Of a stretch of DNA of 64,000 bases, positions 61,827-64,000 are shown one piece after another. A model generated the notes under the pieces. The model saw only the letters and a list, made by a program, of their open reading frames with translations. It made no database searches and was not told where the DNA came from. The stretch is from Planctomycetota bacterium (lineage in GTDB: Bacteria > Planctomycetota > UBA11346). Numbering within the stretch: position 1 is the first letter of the stretch; each line of letters starts with the position of its first letter. The position numbers and the translations under genes were made by a program. The stretch is from the NCBI GenBank assembly GCA_038231435.1, contig JBBRLJ010000016.1:32001-96000 (forward strand), read 5' to 3'.

Positions 61827-62782
61827 GGCCGCTCTCCGCGGCTCTTCGTGGATGTCGCTGATGCTGCTGATGCCGCCAGCGGCGAGCCCGCGCCGTGGTG
61901 GGCGCGCACACGCGAGACGAACCACGCCTCGAGATCCAAGCGGTGGCGTTCGAGACGCAGGATCTCGGCACCGGCCGGAAGGCTCGCGAGAGCGCGGGCA
62001 CGATCGCTCTCGGGGAACGACAGGCGCCAGGTCCCGTCGGCGAGATCGGCCGCTCCGGCGGGGATCGGACCCGAGCCGGTGAGCTCGAGAGGCGCCTGGC
62101 CGAGCAGGTCGGCGATGCGGCCCTGCTCGAGGACCGTGCCGTGGTCGATGACGCCGTAGCGGTCGCAGAGATCCTCGACATCGCTGAGGATGTGGCTGGA
62201 GAAGAACAGCGTTGCGCCGCGCTTGCGCTCGAGCGCCATGACCTCCTTGAAGCGTGCCCGCCACAACGGATCGAGCCCCGAGAACGGCTCGTCGAGCACC
62301 AGCAGATCCGGCTGGTGGAAGATCGCCTGGGCGAGGCCGAAACGCTGGCGCATGCCTTTCGAGAAGCTCTTGAGCTTGCGCGCGCGCAGGTCGCCCAGGT
62401 CGAGCAGCTGGTAGACGCGCTCGCGCGCCGGGCCGATCTGCGCCTTGGTCATCCCCGACAAGCGGCCGAGATACGCCAGGTACTCCTCGAGGGCGAGGTT
62501 GTCGTAGAAGTACGGTTGCTCGGGCAGGTAACCGAGACGCGCGCGCAGGCGATGATCGCCGATGGGCGAACCGAACAGGCGGATGGCGCCGCCGTGTCCG
62601 TGCAGAAGGCCCATCAGCAGCTTGATGCTGGTCGACTTGCCGGCGCCATTGGCTCCGAGGAATCCGTAGGCGCATCCGGCCGGCACCGCGAGCGTCACCT
62701 GGCGCAGGGCATCGATGCGGTTGAGCCAATCCCCCCGGTACGAGAACGAGACGTCGGCATAGGACACGATGTCGTCGGACAT
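61823..62782 (-). CDS. ABC transporter ATP-binding protein (PilH/XapD-like)
   Basis: GANGAGKST, GYLPEQPYFY, FSKGMRQR, LDEPFSGLDP, SSHIL. Confidence 0.93.
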   Translation of the reverse strand: MSDDIVSYADVSFSYRGDWLNRIDALRQVTLAVPAGCAYGFLGANGAGKSTSIKLLMGLLHGHGGAIRLFGSPIGDHRLRARLGYLPEQPYFYDNLALEEYLAYLGRLSGMTKAQIGPARERVYQLLDLGDLRARKLKSFSKGMRQRFGLAQAIFHQPDLLVLDEPFSGLDPLWRARFKEVMALERKRGATLFFSSHILSDVEDLCDRYGVIDHGTVLEQGRIADLLGQAPLELTGSGPIPAGAADLADGTWRLSFPESDRARALASLPAGAEILRLERHRLDLEAWFVSRVRAHHGAGSPLAASAASATSTKSRGERP

Positions 62783-62908
62783 GCCGTCACTGTGACCCGG
62801 CGGGCGGTTGCTGTCCAGGAGTCAGGAGCGTTCGGGTCGAGGCTCTGCGCGGGAAAGTTCGCACGGAGCCGTACGTCCCCGGTGCTTCGTCATGAACGCC
62901 TTGGTCTT

Positions 62909-63550
62909 CTACGCCCCGCCGGGTGCGCGGCGCCCGGCCCGCCAACGACGGATCAGGCCGATGGCGATGGGCAGGAAGGAAACGGCGACCACCAGGATCA
63001 CGAGGTAGTGCATGTTCTTCACCATGGTTTCGTCCTGCGCAGCGGCGTAACCCAGACCGGTCATGGATAAGATCCAGGCGATGCCTCCGAGCACGGTCCA
63101 CAGCAGCATGGGAACCCAGCGCATGCCCGCCATGCCTGCGGCGAACGGTACGAACGTCCGCACCACCGGGATGAATCGCCCGGCGACAATGGCCCAACCG
63201 CCGTATTTCCTGTAGAAATCCTCGGCTTCCTGAAGGTGTCGTCTTTTGAACAACAGGCTGTCTGGCCGGCCGCGCACGTGGTCACCGGTCATTGTGCCGA
63301 ACCAGAAGTTGAGACAGTTCCCGGCAACCGCCGCGACGATCAGGAGGCTTACGACCGGGACGAACGACAGTACCTCCGGGTGGAGCCCGCAAACGACGCC
63401 GGCCGTGACCAGCAGGCTGTCGCCAGGCAAAAAGAAGCCGATGAACAGTCCCGTTTCCGCGAACACGATGCTTGCCAGCAGCAGGAGTCCGCCGCTGCTT
63501 ACGAGGTGCTTGAGTCCCTCGTGATCATACAGCGTGTGTATCCAGTCCAT
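62909..63550 (-). CDS. dedA: DedA/VTT-family membrane protein
   Basis: IVFAETG...FFLPGDSLL, F..KYG...I..GRF.P.VRTF.PF.AG. Confidence 0.92.
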   Translation of the reverse strand: MDWIHTLYDHEGLKHLVSSGGLLLLASIVFAETGLFIGFFLPGDSLLVTAGVVCGLHPEVLSFVPVVSLLIVAAVAGNCLNFWFGTMTGDHVRGRPDSLLFKRRHLQEAEDFYRKYGGWAIVAGRFIPVVRTFVPFAAGMAGMRWVPMLLWTVLGGIAWILSMTGLGYAAAQDETMVKNMHYLVILVVAVSFLPIAIGLIRRWRAGRRAPGGA

Positions 63551-63619
63551 CCCGCCCAGGGTGTAGGACCGGGGTGCTACGGAAAGAGCATAGTGCAGGG
63601 GCTTCGGCTTCGGCTGTCC

Positions 63620-63782
63620 TACCCGGGCGAAGCCCGTCCCAGCCGCGGCAACGCCGCCGGCCGCCGAGGCCTGGTTTGCGTGAATAATGGGCGCAGCCCA
63701 TCACGCAAACGAATTGGCCGGTAGGGACAATTCGAAGGCCGACAAAGGCCGTGGGGGCTCGGGGGCGGAGCCCCCGAAACAC
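63620..63782 (-). repeat. Family A element, copy A6
   Basis: Minus strand TAG|GTGTTTCGGGGGCTCCGCCCCCGAGCCCCCACGGCCTTTGTCGGCC...; complete set of hairpins. Confidence 0.9.
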
Positions 63783-64000
63783 CTAAACCCGCTCTTCGAT
63801 CGAATACGCGACCTCGTTGTGCTGATCGAGATCCACGCCGCCGGCTTCGACGGCCTGCGGAACGCGCAGGCCGATGGTGAGGTCGATGGCCTTGGCACAG
63901 ATGTACGTGCCGGCCGCGGCCCAACCGATGGTGATCAGCACGCACTTGGCCTGGATCCACAGCTGGGCGCCGATGCTGACGTCGCTGCCGGCCATCGCCT
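63783..64000 (-). CDS. amt: Ammonium transporter, C-terminal fragment (gene starts beyond the window)
   Basis: QL..Q...V..TI.W........K.ID.TIGLRV...E..G.D..QH.E.AY is the canonical Amt C-terminus. Confidence 0.88.
   Translation of the reverse strand, partial: AMAGSDVSIGAQLWIQAKCVLITIGWAAAGTYICAKAIDLTIGLRVPQAVEAGGVDLDQHNEVAYSIEERV

Noticed and set aside
63525..63782. 85-aa ORF, and similar ORFs at 45609-45833 and 40687-41175
   Set aside because: Translations of family A repeat DNA; reading frame is not conserved among copies

Overview
A 64-kb window from a high-GC bacterium, probably in the PVC group and most likely Planctomycetota. That assignment is inferred from gene content (pseudopilin operons, a cytoplasmic GH38/GH78 cluster with AraC and PhyH genes, a eukaryote-type PGK) and is not proven. 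It holds about 62 CDSs. Most are housekeeping genes (ftsY, rsfS, hpt, pgk, galE, two-subunit fumarase, gluQ, short mnmE-like, serS, purF, rlmN, tatA, ppnP, ahcY, amt fragment). The rest are scattered type IV pilus genes (minor pilins, pilB, a pilGHI/xap-like ABC module), a split RimK/RLAN + GNAT operon, a sugar-catabolic cluster and an island of small orphan genes. No tRNA, rRNA, CRISPR array, transposase or integrase was seen. The most unusual signals are as follows. (1) Three families of multi-hairpin intergenic repeats. Family A has 6 copies with compensatory stem changes and loops that read as DNA-type GNA triloops on the antisense strand; every copy starts just after a TAG. (2) A sigma54-activator / BlaI-type repressor locus with no BlaR protease, but with two paralogous Cys4-domain proteins carrying internal lipoprotein-like signals. 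(3) A 6S-like structured RNA after ftsY. (4) Pervasive 7-bp and 14-bp tandem arrays.
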